Positions 40,827 to 51,643 are shown, counted from the first letter of the stretch. The stretch is DNA of 64,000 nucleotides from an uncultured bacterium (GCA_963819815.1 CAWFXL010000001.1:544001-608000); one strand, 5' to 3'. A program made the numbers and translations. The notes: generated by a model not told the origin, from the letters alone.

Positions 40827-40933
40827 GTGATCCTTTTTGAGTAACAAGTATATACAAGTGCCATGCAAGGAGCGCCAAATACATACCATCTCGCACTAAA
40901 GCATCCGTTAACCTAACAGGCTTACCTTAATCT

Positions 40934-43900
40934 CTACCACTTAAATAAGTTCCATATCGACCGGTTGGATGAGGCGGACCAATCTTCTTCAAACAACTTA
41001 TCCACCAGTGCTTCTATGCGTTTATCAGGTGCTCCCTCAAGAAAAGCTTTAAAAGCTTCGCTAACCCTTTCTAAAGCTGTATCAGATATTGCCTTACGCA
41101 AAACTTTAAGAGCTTTGCAATCCTCATTTAAAGCTGCATCAGGTATTGCATTAAGCAAAGCCCTGAGAGCTCGCCTGTCTTCTTTTAAGGCTATCTCAGG
41201 TATTGCCTCGAGCAATGCCCTAAGAGTTTCCCTCTTTCTTAAAGGCATACAAGGTATTGCCTCAAGCAATGCTTTAAGAGCCTCCCTATCTTGTTTTAAT
41301 TCTTCACATTTGGCAATCTGTTCGTCAGCAGCTTTTTCTGCTTGTTCAAATTCCTTTTTGAGCTTCTTATGCTCATTCTTTTTCGCATTATGTTCTTTTT
41401 CTTTGTCATAGTCACCATTATTTAGAGCTACAGATGCTAATGCGCCCTCACTTTGAGCTTTCTGCCCTTCAGCTTGAGCATTAGCTACCGCTTCCTGAGC
41501 CTTCTTTCTTTCCTCAGCAATATCACGATCGGTCACTGCATTTTTTAAGAGAGCGCATGCTCCAGGCGTCAGTCTTAAAGAACCTACCCTACGTTTTTTT
41601 TGAAGTGCCTGAGCAATCTTAGATGCAATCATTTTCTTGAGAACGTCCCGCACACGATTTTGCGAAAGAAGAGACAACTCCTCTTCCTGCCTTGGAGCCG
41701 AAGCAGGCTGACCCTGTACTCTAGCTTGGGAAGAAGCCGCCCGTTGATCACCTACGTTCTGTGGAGAAAAAAGAGGCTTAATCCTGTCATTAATACTGGT
41801 TTTAATAATCTTACTACTATCAATCTCTGCTTCCCCTAAATCCTTAACCATTGGCCAGCAAGAAGCTGATAAAACCGTCCAGACCATATCATCGCTAGCA
41901 CCGCCATGGTTAAATTTATTAATTGCATCCCTATATCGTTGTACCCTTTGTGCTTTCTCAGCCACAGTATCTTGACCCGCACCTACATGCTTATCAAACT
42001 GTAGAAGCCAACCTAACGGATCCGCTGGAGGGATAGCGTCCTCTTCAAATCCTCGTCTCTTAGCTTCTTCATTTCGTCGCATTATGGTTTGAACGTGCCT
42101 TTCATGCACTTCCCGCTTATCCCTTAGGCATCTGTCCGCTACTAATGCATTGAAGTTTCTCTCACTCTCTCTCACAAGCCGATGGGCTAAAAGGCCAAGC
42201 TCATGGGATATCATGCTCTCAATAATAGTGTTGCATAATTCCCTATGCCCTTCTTCAGCAGCGAGATGAAGCGGGGTAGCCTCATCGCTTATCGATTCTA
42301 CACCGGGATACTCGCCTAATTTTGCCTCTTCCTTTTGAAGATTTATCCAGAGACGTTCTGCCAACTTAATTTCAGGAGTTTCAGCAACTCCGTTTTTACA
42401 TAATAGTTCGATGAAATCAGGAAGCTGCTCTTCAAGAGCCCACTGCATGTGCGATATTTCACGACCATCTTTGGTCGTGACTGTGTCATAGAGAATATCG
42501 ATCGGTTTTGGCTGAATTTCTTTTCTTCGATCGATTATAAGCTTCATAGCTTCTCTCTGCTTTGCACGAGCAGCTACGCATAAAATCGACTCGGCCGCAT
42601 CCCCAAACAGTGAAGTCATCACTTGTAAAGAAGTCCCTGTTGGTAAATAGGGTGCACGATCTAAGCACCAGGAAAGCATCTGACATGCTCCATGCTGAGC
42701 TGCATAATGGGTCGGCGTAAGTCCACGCTCATCTGTAGGATTAAGCAATGCTCCTGCTTTTTCCAAGCGATTTGCAAGGGCACAATCATTAGCCATAGCA
42801 GCAAAGTGCATTGGTCGTAAACCTTGCTCATTAAAATTATTCACGCCACCAGCATACGTTAGAAAAAATGCCGCTACAGCATACTGCTTATACTCATGGG
42901 CATATTGTGCAGCCGTTTTACCATCAGCATCAGTAAAAACTGGTACGACGCCTCGATCAAGAAGCTCTTGAACGATTTCTTGGCATCCTCCCATAGCTGC
43001 CGCATGCAAAGGGGATCTTTTTGAACCATCAAGTGCTTTGCAATCTGCTCCACGTTCTAGTAATAATTTTGCTATATCCCTATGTCCCTCTCGGGCGGCG
43101 ATATGCAGAGGTCTACCATGTTTGGCAGAACATATTTCTTTATCTGCTCCTCGCTCGAGAAGTAATCGCACGCAATCTAGATGCCCTGCCCTAACAGCAT
43201 GATGAAGTGCAGTTTCAATATCCTTATTTTGGCTATCTATAAAAGGAAACGTTACTTGAGATGCTGCCTGGGCACGATTTTGTTTTTCTGAATCAGGTTC
43301 AAGACCTAGCAAGATCAACTTCTCCACAATGCCAGAATCTCTTATAGCGGCATCTTGCAAATACGGAGCAATATTTTCAGGAAGAAAGCCCTCTATCTTG
43401 AAAGCATATCTCCGCGCTAACTCTTCAGACGAAACTAAAGTCAGAGCCACACGAGCAACAATCTTGTGTCGTTCTATGTGGTCAAGTAGAAGGGCAAGGA
43501 TTGCACAATTTCCTACAAATGCTGCTCGATGAAGAGCAGTATCGCCATGCTCATCCGTTTTTGAGAGGTCGATCAAAGGATGTGAAAGAAGCTGGGTCAC
43601 TTCTGTTTGCTTACCCTCTTGCACTGCTTTGCGAAGTTTACCTCCAAGAAGTTGTTTTACTTTCTCTATCTTATCCTTAAGGGCAGGCTTAAGTAATACG
43701 CGCACGCAATTGAGACGTTCCTCTCTAATTGCCTGTTGCAAAGCCGTTTCATTATTTTTATTTCTGATATTTCTACAGGAAATAGCTGTATATGAATCCA
43801 CCTGATCATGAGGCTTTTTCATCGCATCAGACTCACGAAATAAGGGAACCAAGTCATCCCAAGACAAGAGATTTCCCGTCATAGCAGATAGCTCCTTATG

Positions 43901-44245
43901 AGAAAGGTTTTTCCCTATATAGCCATAGCTCAATGTAGGCTCTTCAGGCTCATGAGGGGCCAATTTAACGTAGGTGGTCATCTTATGCCGTTCTGCATGT
44001 GCAAGAAGCAAAGCAAGCATTTCACTCTGACCAGCACGAGCGGTAGTATGTAATATAGTATTGCCACGCTCATCACAATCCAATAGGTTTACTTTGACAT
44101 CTGCAAGAAGTTGGATTACCTCATCTAAATCATCAGCTTGAACTGCTTGCCGAAGTTGAGTTGCAGCATCTACTTTTGTTCTGGACATAGCTTCGAGGGA
44201 CATCCCAATCGAAAGAAATGTTCCCCATATGAGTAGCTTTTTCAT
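40934..44245 (-). CDS. Large secreted ankyrin-repeat protein with coiled coil and C-terminal 19-aa repeats
   Basis: Signal SLEA|M; more than 10 ANK motifs; repeated xLxALLxAIP. Confidence 0.9.
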   Translation of the reverse strand: MKKLLIWGTFLSIGMSLEAMSRTKVDAATQLRQAVQADDLDEVIQLLADVKVNLLDCDERGNTILHTTARAGQSEMLALLLAHAERHKMTTYVKLAPHEPEEPTLSYGYIGKNLSHKELSAMTGNLLSWDDLVPLFRESDAMKKPHDQVDSYTAISCRNIRNKNNETALQQAIREERLNCVRVLLKPALKDKIEKVKQLLGGKLRKAVQEGKQTEVTQLLSHPLIDLSKTDEHGDTALHRAAFVGNCAILALLLDHIERHKIVARVALTLVSSEELARRYAFKIEGFLPENIAPYLQDAAIRDSGIVEKLILLGLEPDSEKQNRAQAASQVTFPFIDSQNKDIETALHHAVRAGHLDCVRLLLERGADKEICSAKHGRPLHIAAREGHRDIAKLLLERGADCKALDGSKRSPLHAAAMGGCQEIVQELLDRGVVPVFTDADGKTAAQYAHEYKQYAVAAFFLTYAGGVNNFNEQGLRPMHFAAMANDCALANRLEKAGALLNPTDERGLTPTHYAAQHGACQMLSWCLDRAPYLPTGTSLQVMTSLFGDAAESILCVAARAKQREAMKLIIDRRKEIQPKPIDILYDTVTTKDGREISHMQWALEEQLPDFIELLCKNGVAETPEIKLAERLWINLQKEEAKLGEYPGVESISDEATPLHLAAEEGHRELCNTIIESMISHELGLLAHRLVRESERNFNALVADRCLRDKREVHERHVQTIMRRNEEAKRRGFEEDAIPPADPLGWLLQFDKHVGAGQDTVAEKAQRVQRYRDAINKFNHGGASDDMVWTVLSASCWPMVKDLGEAEIDSSKIIKTSINDRIKPLFSPQNVGDQRAASSQARVQGQPASAPRQEEELSLLSQNRVRDVLKKMIASKIAQALQKKRRVGSLRLTPGACALLKNAVTDRDIAEERKKAQEAVANAQAEGQKAQSEGALASVALNNGDYDKEKEHNAKKNEHKKLKKEFEQAEKAADEQIAKCEELKQDREALKALLEAIPCMPLRKRETLRALLEAIPEIALKEDRRALRALLNAIPDAALNEDCKALKVLRKAISDTALERVSEAFKAFLEGAPDKRIEALVDKLFEEDWSASSNRSIWNLFKW
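41030..41290 (-). repeat. About five degenerate 57-bp coding repeats
   Basis: REALKALLEAIPCMPLRK / RETLRALLEAIPEIALKED / RRALRALLNAIPDAALNED / CKALKVLRKAISDTALERV / SEAFKAFLEGAPD. Confidence 0.8.
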
Positions 44246-44552
44246 AGTATTTTTTCCGTACGGCACGCTCTGGTGCGTGAAGGTAGGTGCATCTTAGTCA
44301 ACGTGTTTACCTAAGTATCGCATAGTTCATGTACCGTGTAAAATGCTTCCAAGCTCTATGAGCCGGTATATACAGATAGTGCTATAAGGAGCATGAGGCC
44401 ATTGGCAGCTTAAAATCTAATAGTCCATGCTTACCTGAGATAGACAAAAAGCCATGATCAAGTCCATGCAATACCACTTTATGCCTAGGGCAGAGTATAT
44501 ACACCAGGTATACCTCCAATCGAAAATATCCCCGCAACTCGTTGACCCTTAT

Positions 44553-44930
44553 TTAGAGACCCAACTTTTTTTTGAGCTCTTGAGCAGATATAGTGGCAAT
44601 CTTTTCACCCGTGTGAGCGGGCTGATCGTATTCTTCTTTAAGATAGCTCATTTGGGCTGGCCCTTCAGTAGGGTAACCAAGAGCATGCCATTCAGCAGCG
44701 CCCCCTTCATAAGCACGTATCTGAGTAAAACCTAGATCTTTTAAAAGTTGCCAGGCTCTTCTACTCATAGGACAGACATAACTTGCGCAGTAAACGATCA
44801 TTTCGGTATCTTTAGGAAGATCTTTCGTGTACTCAGCGAGTTTTTCAAAGGGCACATTTATCGACCCGGTAATATAGCAGTCAGCAAAGGTTTCAGGCGA
44901 TAGAACATTAATGAGACGGAAACTTGTCAT
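44553..44930 (-). CDS. Rhodanese-like domain protein
   Basis: LINVL, ITGSINVP, IVYCASYVC, YEGG..EW. Confidence 0.88.
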   Translation of the reverse strand: MTSFRLINVLSPETFADCYITGSINVPFEKLAEYTKDLPKDTEMIVYCASYVCPMSRRAWQLLKDLGFTQIRAYEGGAAEWHALGYPTEGPAQMSYLKEEYDQPAHTGEKIATISAQELKKKLGL

Positions 44931-45139
44931 GGGAATCCTCTTTAATACGATAGTACGATGATCATCTAACAAAACAAACAATACAACTCTTTTGTGCCGA
45001 CAGTATAGCCCAACAGACATAGCCTGTACAAGAATTTAACCAACTTTATGTAATGGATTATTGCACATGAACTCAGTTGGACCCGAAACTCTTGAATGTC
45101 GGGCAAGCGCAATGCTACTCTTTGCCTGAAGGGAATGTC

Positions 45140-45976
45140 ATGGCACGTTACGTCCTTAAATCATCAGGTCGGAGAGAACCGTTCAACATTAAAAAGTTCA
45201 AACGCTCCTTGCGTAAAGTTGGTGCACGCCCTGATCTTATAGAAACCCTTATTGACGAGGTTCTTGCAGCTCCACAGCTTAACACTACAAAGAAGATTTA
45301 TACCTATGCATACGAACATTTAAAAGGAATTTCCCGTCCAGTTGCAGCGCGATATAGTCTTAAATATGCCCTGTATGAGCTTGGCCCTACAGGGTTTGTG
45401 TTCGAACGATTTATAGGGGAGATTTTTAAAGCACAGGGATATTCTGTCCACCATGATGTTACCCTCCAAGGAGTCTGTGTCGATCATGAGATTGATCTTA
45501 TCGTTGAAAAAGAGGAACAGCGATTCATGGTCGAATGTAAATTTCATAATAGACTCGGTGTCAAAACGGATGTACGAGATGGTCTGTATACTAAAGCCCG
45601 GTTTGAGGATTTATCAGCCCAGTGGGCAAAATCAGTACGACCCCATTTGGCGTGTAATGGAGTATGGTTGGTAACTAATACGCAGTTTACGCTAAAGGCA
45701 CTTACCTATGGTGCATGTGCTGGTATTAAGCTTCTTGGTTGGTCCTATCCTCAAGATGCAGGTATCGCCGTACTGATCGACACCCTAGGATTACATCCTA
45801 TAACGGGCTTAACTGGTCTTAACACAGCTCAAAAAAGACACCTCATTGATCAGGGTGTTATCCTGTGCCGAGATCTTATGGCGCAACCAGAGCTTTTAAA
45901 AACGCTCCATATGACGCTCCTTGAACAAGAAAAAATACACGATGAATGCCAGGCATTATGCACAAACGTAACCTAG
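45140..45976 (+). CDS. ATP-cone + Mrr-like restriction endonuclease domain protein (paralog 2)
   Basis: VLKSSGRREPF..KFKRSL; HEID..VECKFHN; colinear with 28358..29185. Confidence 0.85.
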   Translation: MARYVLKSSGRREPFNIKKFKRSLRKVGARPDLIETLIDEVLAAPQLNTTKKIYTYAYEHLKGISRPVAARYSLKYALYELGPTGFVFERFIGEIFKAQGYSVHHDVTLQGVCVDHEIDLIVEKEEQRFMVECKFHNRLGVKTDVRDGLYTKARFEDLSAQWAKSVRPHLACNGVWLVTNTQFTLKALTYGACAGIKLLGWSYPQDAGIAVLIDTLGLHPITGLTGLNTAQKRHLIDQGVILCRDLMAQPELLKTLHMTLLEQEKIHDECQALCTNVT

Positions 45977-45985
45977 AAGAAAAAT

Positions 45986-47383
45986 ATGGAAGTATGGACT
46001 ATCATTATCATTGGAGCATCAGGAGACTTGTCCCGTCGGCGACTTATTCCCACGCTGTATGAGATGCTCAAGCATGAGAAAGATCTTTCCTTCTTATTCG
46101 TGGGCGCCGCAAAAGATGCTATCTCTATAGAGCAACTTCTTACAGAAAGCATCGCTCATAGGGATCCAGCACTTCTTGAAAAACTTATCACACGATCAAC
46201 GTATCAGACTATTGATTTTACTGATCCAGAGACTTTTTCAGAGCTCGCGAAGACAATCGTGCAGCAAGAAAAAAATGGTGATCACACTACCCAAAGACGA
46301 CTGGTGTATCTTGCCATAGATTCTCGGTGGTATAGCGGCGTAACTGCTTCTCTATGCAAGGAGGGCATCCTTCAAAAATCTGTAGTCACCCATCGTATTA
46401 TCTATGAAAAACCCTTTGGATGGGATACAGCCTCAGCCCTAAGCATCAATAATGAGGTAACTCACCTTCTTGATGAAGATCAGATTTATCGCGTCGATCA
46501 CTACATAAGCAAAGCACTCGTCACTTCCCTGCTTACTACCAGGCTCAGTAACGTATTTTTCGAGCCGATCTTGAATAGCGACTATGTTGATCAAGTACAG
46601 ATCATTCTCTCAGAAAAAGATACCCTTGAAAAAAGAGGTCTCTTTTATGATCGGTATGGCACACTAAAAGATGTTGTTCAAAATCATATGCTGCAGCTTC
46701 TTGCCTGTATCGGCATGGAGAAGCCACCCTCATTAGATCATGAATCAGTTACTGAATACAAAAAGACGGTGCTTCGCGAAATTAAAGTGATAGATGGGCT
46801 CCTTGGCCAGTTCCATGGCTATAGGGATATTCCTGGCGTTTCAGAAAACTCAACCCGAGAGACCTATGCACTTCTTCGGGCAGAGATTACAACACCTCGA
46901 TGGCACAAAGTCCCCTTCTATCTCAAGACGGGAAAAGCTCTTGATTATAAGTCCACCGAAATTCATATCGTATTTAAGCCACAAAAACTCGCAGACGTCT
47001 CGATACCTTTTGAATCAAATCGACTTATCATCCGCATCTCCCCCGACTCAGCTCTCCTTCTAAGACTCAATGCTCAAAAGATCCGAGAACCTGAATTAGT
47101 CCCGGTATCTTTAGAGTTTTGCTACCGGTGTACCTTTGGTGCACAGCCCCATTCCTATGAAACCCTTTTTCATGATGTTATGAAAGGTGACAAGAGTGTC
47201 GCGGTAACCTTTGATGAAATCGAATATGCGTGGGAATGTATTTCTCAGATAGAGAAGCTCAAGCTTCCTCTCTATAGCTACAAGGTAGGTTCATCTGGTC
47301 CTCTTGAGGCAGAAGAGTTTAGTCATAAGCATGCTATTATGTGGGCTAAAGAAACTACTCGCGCAGAACCATCGAATACCTAG
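45986..47383 (+). CDS. zwf: Glucose-6-phosphate 1-dehydrogenase
   Basis: GASGDL, EKPFG, YRVDHY, DVVQNH, VPFYLKTGK. Confidence 0.93.
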   Translation: MEVWTIIIIGASGDLSRRRLIPTLYEMLKHEKDLSFLFVGAAKDAISIEQLLTESIAHRDPALLEKLITRSTYQTIDFTDPETFSELAKTIVQQEKNGDHTTQRRLVYLAIDSRWYSGVTASLCKEGILQKSVVTHRIIYEKPFGWDTASALSINNEVTHLLDEDQIYRVDHYISKALVTSLLTTRLSNVFFEPILNSDYVDQVQIILSEKDTLEKRGLFYDRYGTLKDVVQNHMLQLLACIGMEKPPSLDHESVTEYKKTVLREIKVIDGLLGQFHGYRDIPGVSENSTRETYALLRAEITTPRWHKVPFYLKTGKALDYKSTEIHIVFKPQKLADVSIPFESNRLIIRISPDSALLLRLNAQKIREPELVPVSLEFCYRCTFGAQPHSYETLFHDVMKGDKSVAVTFDEIEYAWECISQIEKLKLPLYSYKVGSSGPLEAEEFSHKHAIMWAKETTRAEPSNT

Positions 47384-47451
47384 AAGATACTGAATTCCGA
47401 GAAACCTTGCTCCCGAGTTCTGTGAAAGAATAGCTATCAATCATATCAGAC

Positions 47452-48129
47452 TCATGTTATGTGCATCGATCTGCGACGAATTAGCACTGGAATAAGAGCG
47501 AGAAGTGCAAGCAGTATAAATGCTATCACTATATGAGGAGAAAGAATATCCTTTGGAGATGCTATCGTTGCAAGGCTCTGCCCCGCATAAGCAAAGACAA
47601 AAGCACCCGGCAAAATGCCGATCAAGGTTGTAATCACAAAAGTTTGCAATGAGATCGGAAGCAATCCAGCAATAATATTAACAAAGGTAAAAGGCACAAG
47701 AGCTAAAAACCGCAAAGAAAGAAGGTAATAGACTCCTCGTTTTTCAAGCTCTTGCGAAAGTGCTGCAAATTGCTTTGCATAGCGCTTAGCCACAAAATCA
47801 CCCACGAGATACCGCACCATCAGAAAACAGAGCGTAGCTCCCATTGTTGCGCCAATGACAGCAAAAAGAGTTCCGTACCATATCCCAAATAAAAAACCTC
47901 CGGCAAGCGTTAAAAGCACTGAAAACGGCAATGCAAAGGCACCATCTACCACATATGCACACACGTAGAGAATTACTGCAGCCCCATATTTTCTATCAAC
48001 AAAGCCCTGCAGCCGCTGTGCATAGTCCTTGAGGGTAGCAAAACTCAGGTGTGGAGCGACAAAAAAATAGAGCGCCGCAATCATTACAAGACAGAGAACC
48101 AACAGTCCCAGTCTTAAGAACTTTTCCAT
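47452..48129 (-). CDS. TVP38/TMEM64 (VTT/DedA-like) membrane protein
   Basis: LTLAGGFLFG..GT, LRFLALVPF..VN, GILPG. Confidence 0.9.
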   Translation of the reverse strand: MEKFLRLGLLVLCLVMIAALYFFVAPHLSFATLKDYAQRLQGFVDRKYGAAVILYVCAYVVDGAFALPFSVLLTLAGGFLFGIWYGTLFAVIGATMGATLCFLMVRYLVGDFVAKRYAKQFAALSQELEKRGVYYLLSLRFLALVPFTFVNIIAGLLPISLQTFVITTLIGILPGAFVFAYAGQSLATIASPKDILSPHIVIAFILLALLALIPVLIRRRSMHIT

Positions 48130-48509
48130 ACGATTGTCCTTCCAAAAAGTATGTCTCACTGTACATAAACTTGCCTGTAAAAGCTAGACCAGAGGGCATG
48201 TCTATTAAGGTATCCTGGACGGACAGGCCACCGCATCCTAAAGGATATTAAATGCATGCAATCCTAAAAAAGAGGAGATTGTGGAAGAAAATAATGGTGA
48301 TCATTTCAACCAGCTTCAAGATCCATGAAATGATAGATCCGGGCCGCATGACCTGTAAGAGCTACTTTTCTTGAATTGATAAGGTGTAGATGATGAATTG
48401 TTGGCGTAAAGTTCACTGTCAAAGATTAGTACAATACTCTGAATTTAGCTTATTCTTGGTTTGAGTACCTATGCAATCGCACCGCGGTCAGCATAAGTTA
48501 ATCTAACTC

Positions 48510-48551
48510 AAGAAACCCCCTCGCACATGAATGCAAGGGGTTTCTTTTTTT
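48510..48551. terminator. Terminator hairpin
   Basis: AAGAAACCCC...GGGGTTTCTT followed by a T-run, beside the stop at 48561. Confidence 0.65.
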
Positions 48552-48560
48552 AATAGCTAA

Positions 48561-49064
48561 TTAAGCCTCTAGGGGATGCTTCGCTTTTCTAATCATATCT
48601 CTCGTTTTTTCATCAGCAACAAATTGAAGTTTATATTTTCTTACCAGAGAATCTTGACTCAGAAAATATGGTAGCAATAAGGCTCCATATCGCTTAGCAG
48701 CAGGAAGCTTTTCAAATTTTTTGGGTTCCACTCTTGAAGCAAAATCAAGAAGCAAAAGTCCGGTAACCGCAGTATTAAGTTCGCGGAGAGTAGGTTTGGT
48801 CTTATTGGCAACTTGTTCAGCCTGTGCAACGATTGCATCAGCCTTTCCAATGACAAATTGAGCAATTTCTTCTTTTCTTTCGGGATTTTCCTCTAGGAAG
48901 TCCGTCAGAATAATCACATTGGCAGGATGAATAGGATTAATGCCTAGTGTTGATTCAATTTGGTCAACAATACCTGCCTTATATTCGTCGTATTTCATCC
49001 CATTTAGTTGTAAAGTAGCCGCTGCTACCAGAACTAAGCTTAAGCTTATATAATATTTGTTCAT
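48561..49064 (-). CDS. Secreted hypothetical protein
   Basis: RBS GAGGAG; signal LQLNG|M. Confidence 0.75.
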   Translation of the reverse strand: MNKYYISLSLVLVAAATLQLNGMKYDEYKAGIVDQIESTLGINPIHPANVIILTDFLEENPERKEEIAQFVIGKADAIVAQAEQVANKTKPTLRELNTAVTGLLLLDFASRVEPKKFEKLPAAKRYGALLLPYFLSQDSLVRKYKLQFVADEKTRDMIRKAKHPLEA

Positions 49065-49276
49065 AGAACTCCTCTTTTTTAGTATTAAATTAGGATTAAG
49101 GGTCGATGCACTGTGCGCACCCACTATTTATTAGTATAGTCAATAGAGGTAAAAATTGTCAATATTTCTATGGTTTACCTTAATCTTATTTTCAATTTGC
49201 AAATTAAAGCATGGGGTCTTTTCTTCCGCTACTCGCGAGGTAGCCCTGCCTTGACCGGTAGATTTTAAAGGCCCAG

Positions 49277-49305
49277 TTGACATATTTAATATTTTCATAT
49301 AGAAT
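49277..49305 (+). promoter_or_regulatory. Sigma70 promoter
   Basis: TTGACA-N17-TAGAAT. Confidence 0.75.
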
Positions 49306-49377
49306 TATTTCATAAATTAAAAAAGCGTTATACCGCTTCGTCTCGACTCGCAAAAATAGTAAAAAGGAGACACCTAG

Positions 49378-51240
49378 ATGAACAAGTTACTCAGTATGCC
49401 TTTTTTGATCTTTACCGCACCTCTTATAGGTATGGATAGGGCCCATTCGCTCAATCTACATGAGATCAAGCCGCACCACAAGATTCAATTTGATGATAAG
49501 GGGCATTTTAAAGAAGACAAAGATCTGGCACTCTTCATGGAGCAGGCAGTCAATGAAGGAGCTACACCACGAAGTTTTGATGGTATAAAAAGAGTAAAAC
49601 CGCTTTCAAAAGAGCTTAAAGAAGCAAAATATGCCTCAGAGCAGTTGTGGTTAATCGAATGCATGAATGGCTATTCATTCATACTGAAAGAGATAAAGCA
49701 TAATAAAGAACCTTTAGAAGAAATAAAGCGCCTTGAACGTGCCCGAACTGCTCATAGGCTACAACCCTACGTCTTTCCACGTTCGCAGGATAATCTGCAA
49801 CTGGTATTTCCAAGTCGCTATATTACGTATACATACCGCAAGCAGCAACACATTATGGCACTCATGCCAAAGGCAAAGGGAAAGAGACTCCAATCACTCA
49901 TGGAGGATTTTGAGCGTAGCCCAGATAATCAGCAGGTACTGAAACTCGCCTGTAAAGTCTATTATGATCTTGGTGCTACCATGGCAAAATTCTATAAGAG
50001 CTTTGGTACACTGGATAAGACTATAAGCCACAAGGACTTCCATCAGGGCAACATTTTCTACGATCGAAATGGTCTGATCAGCTTAATCGACAATGAAAGA
50101 ATGGCACAAACCCTTGAAGAGGCTGATGATATTAGCAGTGATCTTGGGTATTTATTTGTAACCTCACCCTTTATTCTCGAATGGGCACGTGGCGGATTTC
50201 TAAAAAACTTCCCGGCCAAAAAATGGTATCAAATTGTGCTACCTAGTTTTATAATCGGGTTCATGCGAGCGTATGAAAAGCACGAACGTGCAGACGTTTT
50301 TGCTAGACTAGTTGAGCTCATATGTGCTTGGGAAAGTAAAGTCAACGAAAACGATTCACGGCCAATCCGAGGCATTATACGTGAGGTACTCAAGAATATG
50401 GAAACTCAATTGAAAGAACGTAAATCTGAGGCCCATATTGCCGCTGGCAATCCTGATTTAACGGCTCTTGTTGAGATTCTCATCAAGGAAAAAACGAGAG
50501 CGTTATTCGAAAAGGACATATTTGGCAACACGCCTTTACATGAAGCCGCCTACTTTGGATGCTCTGATTCAGTTGCCCTTCTAGTAGCAGCCGGCTGCGA
50601 TGTATCTGCTCGTAATGATAAGCAGGAAACTCCCCTATTTAAAGCTGAGTTTGCGAACCATCGTGATATTGCCAAACTTCTAAAAAAGTCTGCAGCAACA
50701 ATCATTGAGGTAGTTAAAGGAGACATTCTGAAACAAAATGTGGATGTCATCGTAAATGCTGCAAATCCACAGCTCGCTGCTGGTGGTGGTATCTGCGAAG
50801 CCATTTTTGATGCTGCAGGTAAAGAACAACTAAAAAGTGGCTGTCATGGGTATCCACTTATACATGGAGTCCGATGTCCCGCAGGGGATGCACGTATTAC
50901 CGATAGCTTCAAATTAGAAGCTCAGGGCGTTCAAAAGATAGTACATGCTGTCGGACCCGATGCACGGATTATCAAAGATCATCACCAACAACGCGCGCTT
51001 CTTGAGATGGCGTATACCAAGAGTTTAGAGCTCGCTGCCAAAGGTGGATTTACATCTATTGCATTTCCCTTTATAAGCAGCGGTATCTACCAAGTAGATC
51101 ATCAGCTTGCAGCCAAGGCAGCAATTACCGCAGCTCGAAAGTTTGTGTCTCATCATGCTACAAGCTTGAGAGTAATACGTTTTGTCTTGCGAAATACAAG
51201 CGATTATGAACTCTTTAAGGAGCTTTTAGCTGACGAATAG
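49378..51240 (+). CDS. Secreted kinase-like + ankyrin + macrodomain protein
   Basis: FILKE, HKDFHQGNIF, LIDNE; GNTPLHEAA; KGDI..VNAANPQL..GGGICEAI, HAVGP, AFPFISSGIY. Confidence 0.85.
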   Translation: MNKLLSMPFLIFTAPLIGMDRAHSLNLHEIKPHHKIQFDDKGHFKEDKDLALFMEQAVNEGATPRSFDGIKRVKPLSKELKEAKYASEQLWLIECMNGYSFILKEIKHNKEPLEEIKRLERARTAHRLQPYVFPRSQDNLQLVFPSRYITYTYRKQQHIMALMPKAKGKRLQSLMEDFERSPDNQQVLKLACKVYYDLGATMAKFYKSFGTLDKTISHKDFHQGNIFYDRNGLISLIDNERMAQTLEEADDISSDLGYLFVTSPFILEWARGGFLKNFPAKKWYQIVLPSFIIGFMRAYEKHERADVFARLVELICAWESKVNENDSRPIRGIIREVLKNMETQLKERKSEAHIAAGNPDLTALVEILIKEKTRALFEKDIFGNTPLHEAAYFGCSDSVALLVAAGCDVSARNDKQETPLFKAEFANHRDIAKLLKKSAATIIEVVKGDILKQNVDVIVNAANPQLAAGGGICEAIFDAAGKEQLKSGCHGYPLIHGVRCPAGDARITDSFKLEAQGVQKIVHAVGPDARIIKDHHQQRALLEMAYTKSLELAAKGGFTSIAFPFISSGIYQVDHQLAAKAAITAARKFVSHHATSLRVIRFVLRNTSDYELFKELLADE

Positions 51241-51543
51241 CAACTGATGCTTGCGTAAGAAAATTAACTAGTTTCAGCATGTGCCTGAGACCTACACGTG
51301 CTGAAACCCCACATAATCTCTTTTCCTGTAGCTGATCGGCATATGTCTTAATGGAAAGCTTAAATTCATGAATATACAACAGATACATACACCAATCATT
51401 ACTGCCACAGTAGCAAGTTGAGCGAATCTCAAAAATATCCTAAACCTAGGTCTTTCTGTCTCACTTGACAAGCCTCATCTAAAGGAGCCCCCATAAAAAC
51501 TCACTTCTGTAAACCTCCTCCAAGGTGGTACTTAGTGATGCTT

Positions 51544-51571
51544 TTGACACTCTGCATACTTCCTATAGAAT
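51544..51571 (+). promoter_or_regulatory. Sigma70 promoter
   Basis: TTGACA-N16-TAGAAT. Confidence 0.65.
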
Positions 51572-51643
51572 TTGAATCAGATGATATCGCTCTCCTTTAA
51601 TCATATCAGGTGGAGCTCTAACATCTACTAAAAGGAATCATCT

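Noticed and set aside
40965..41411. 148-aa plus-strand ORF with repeats, and the many other short overlapping ORFs in the track
   Set aside because: Antisense or alternative-frame shadows of longer, motif-supported genes.
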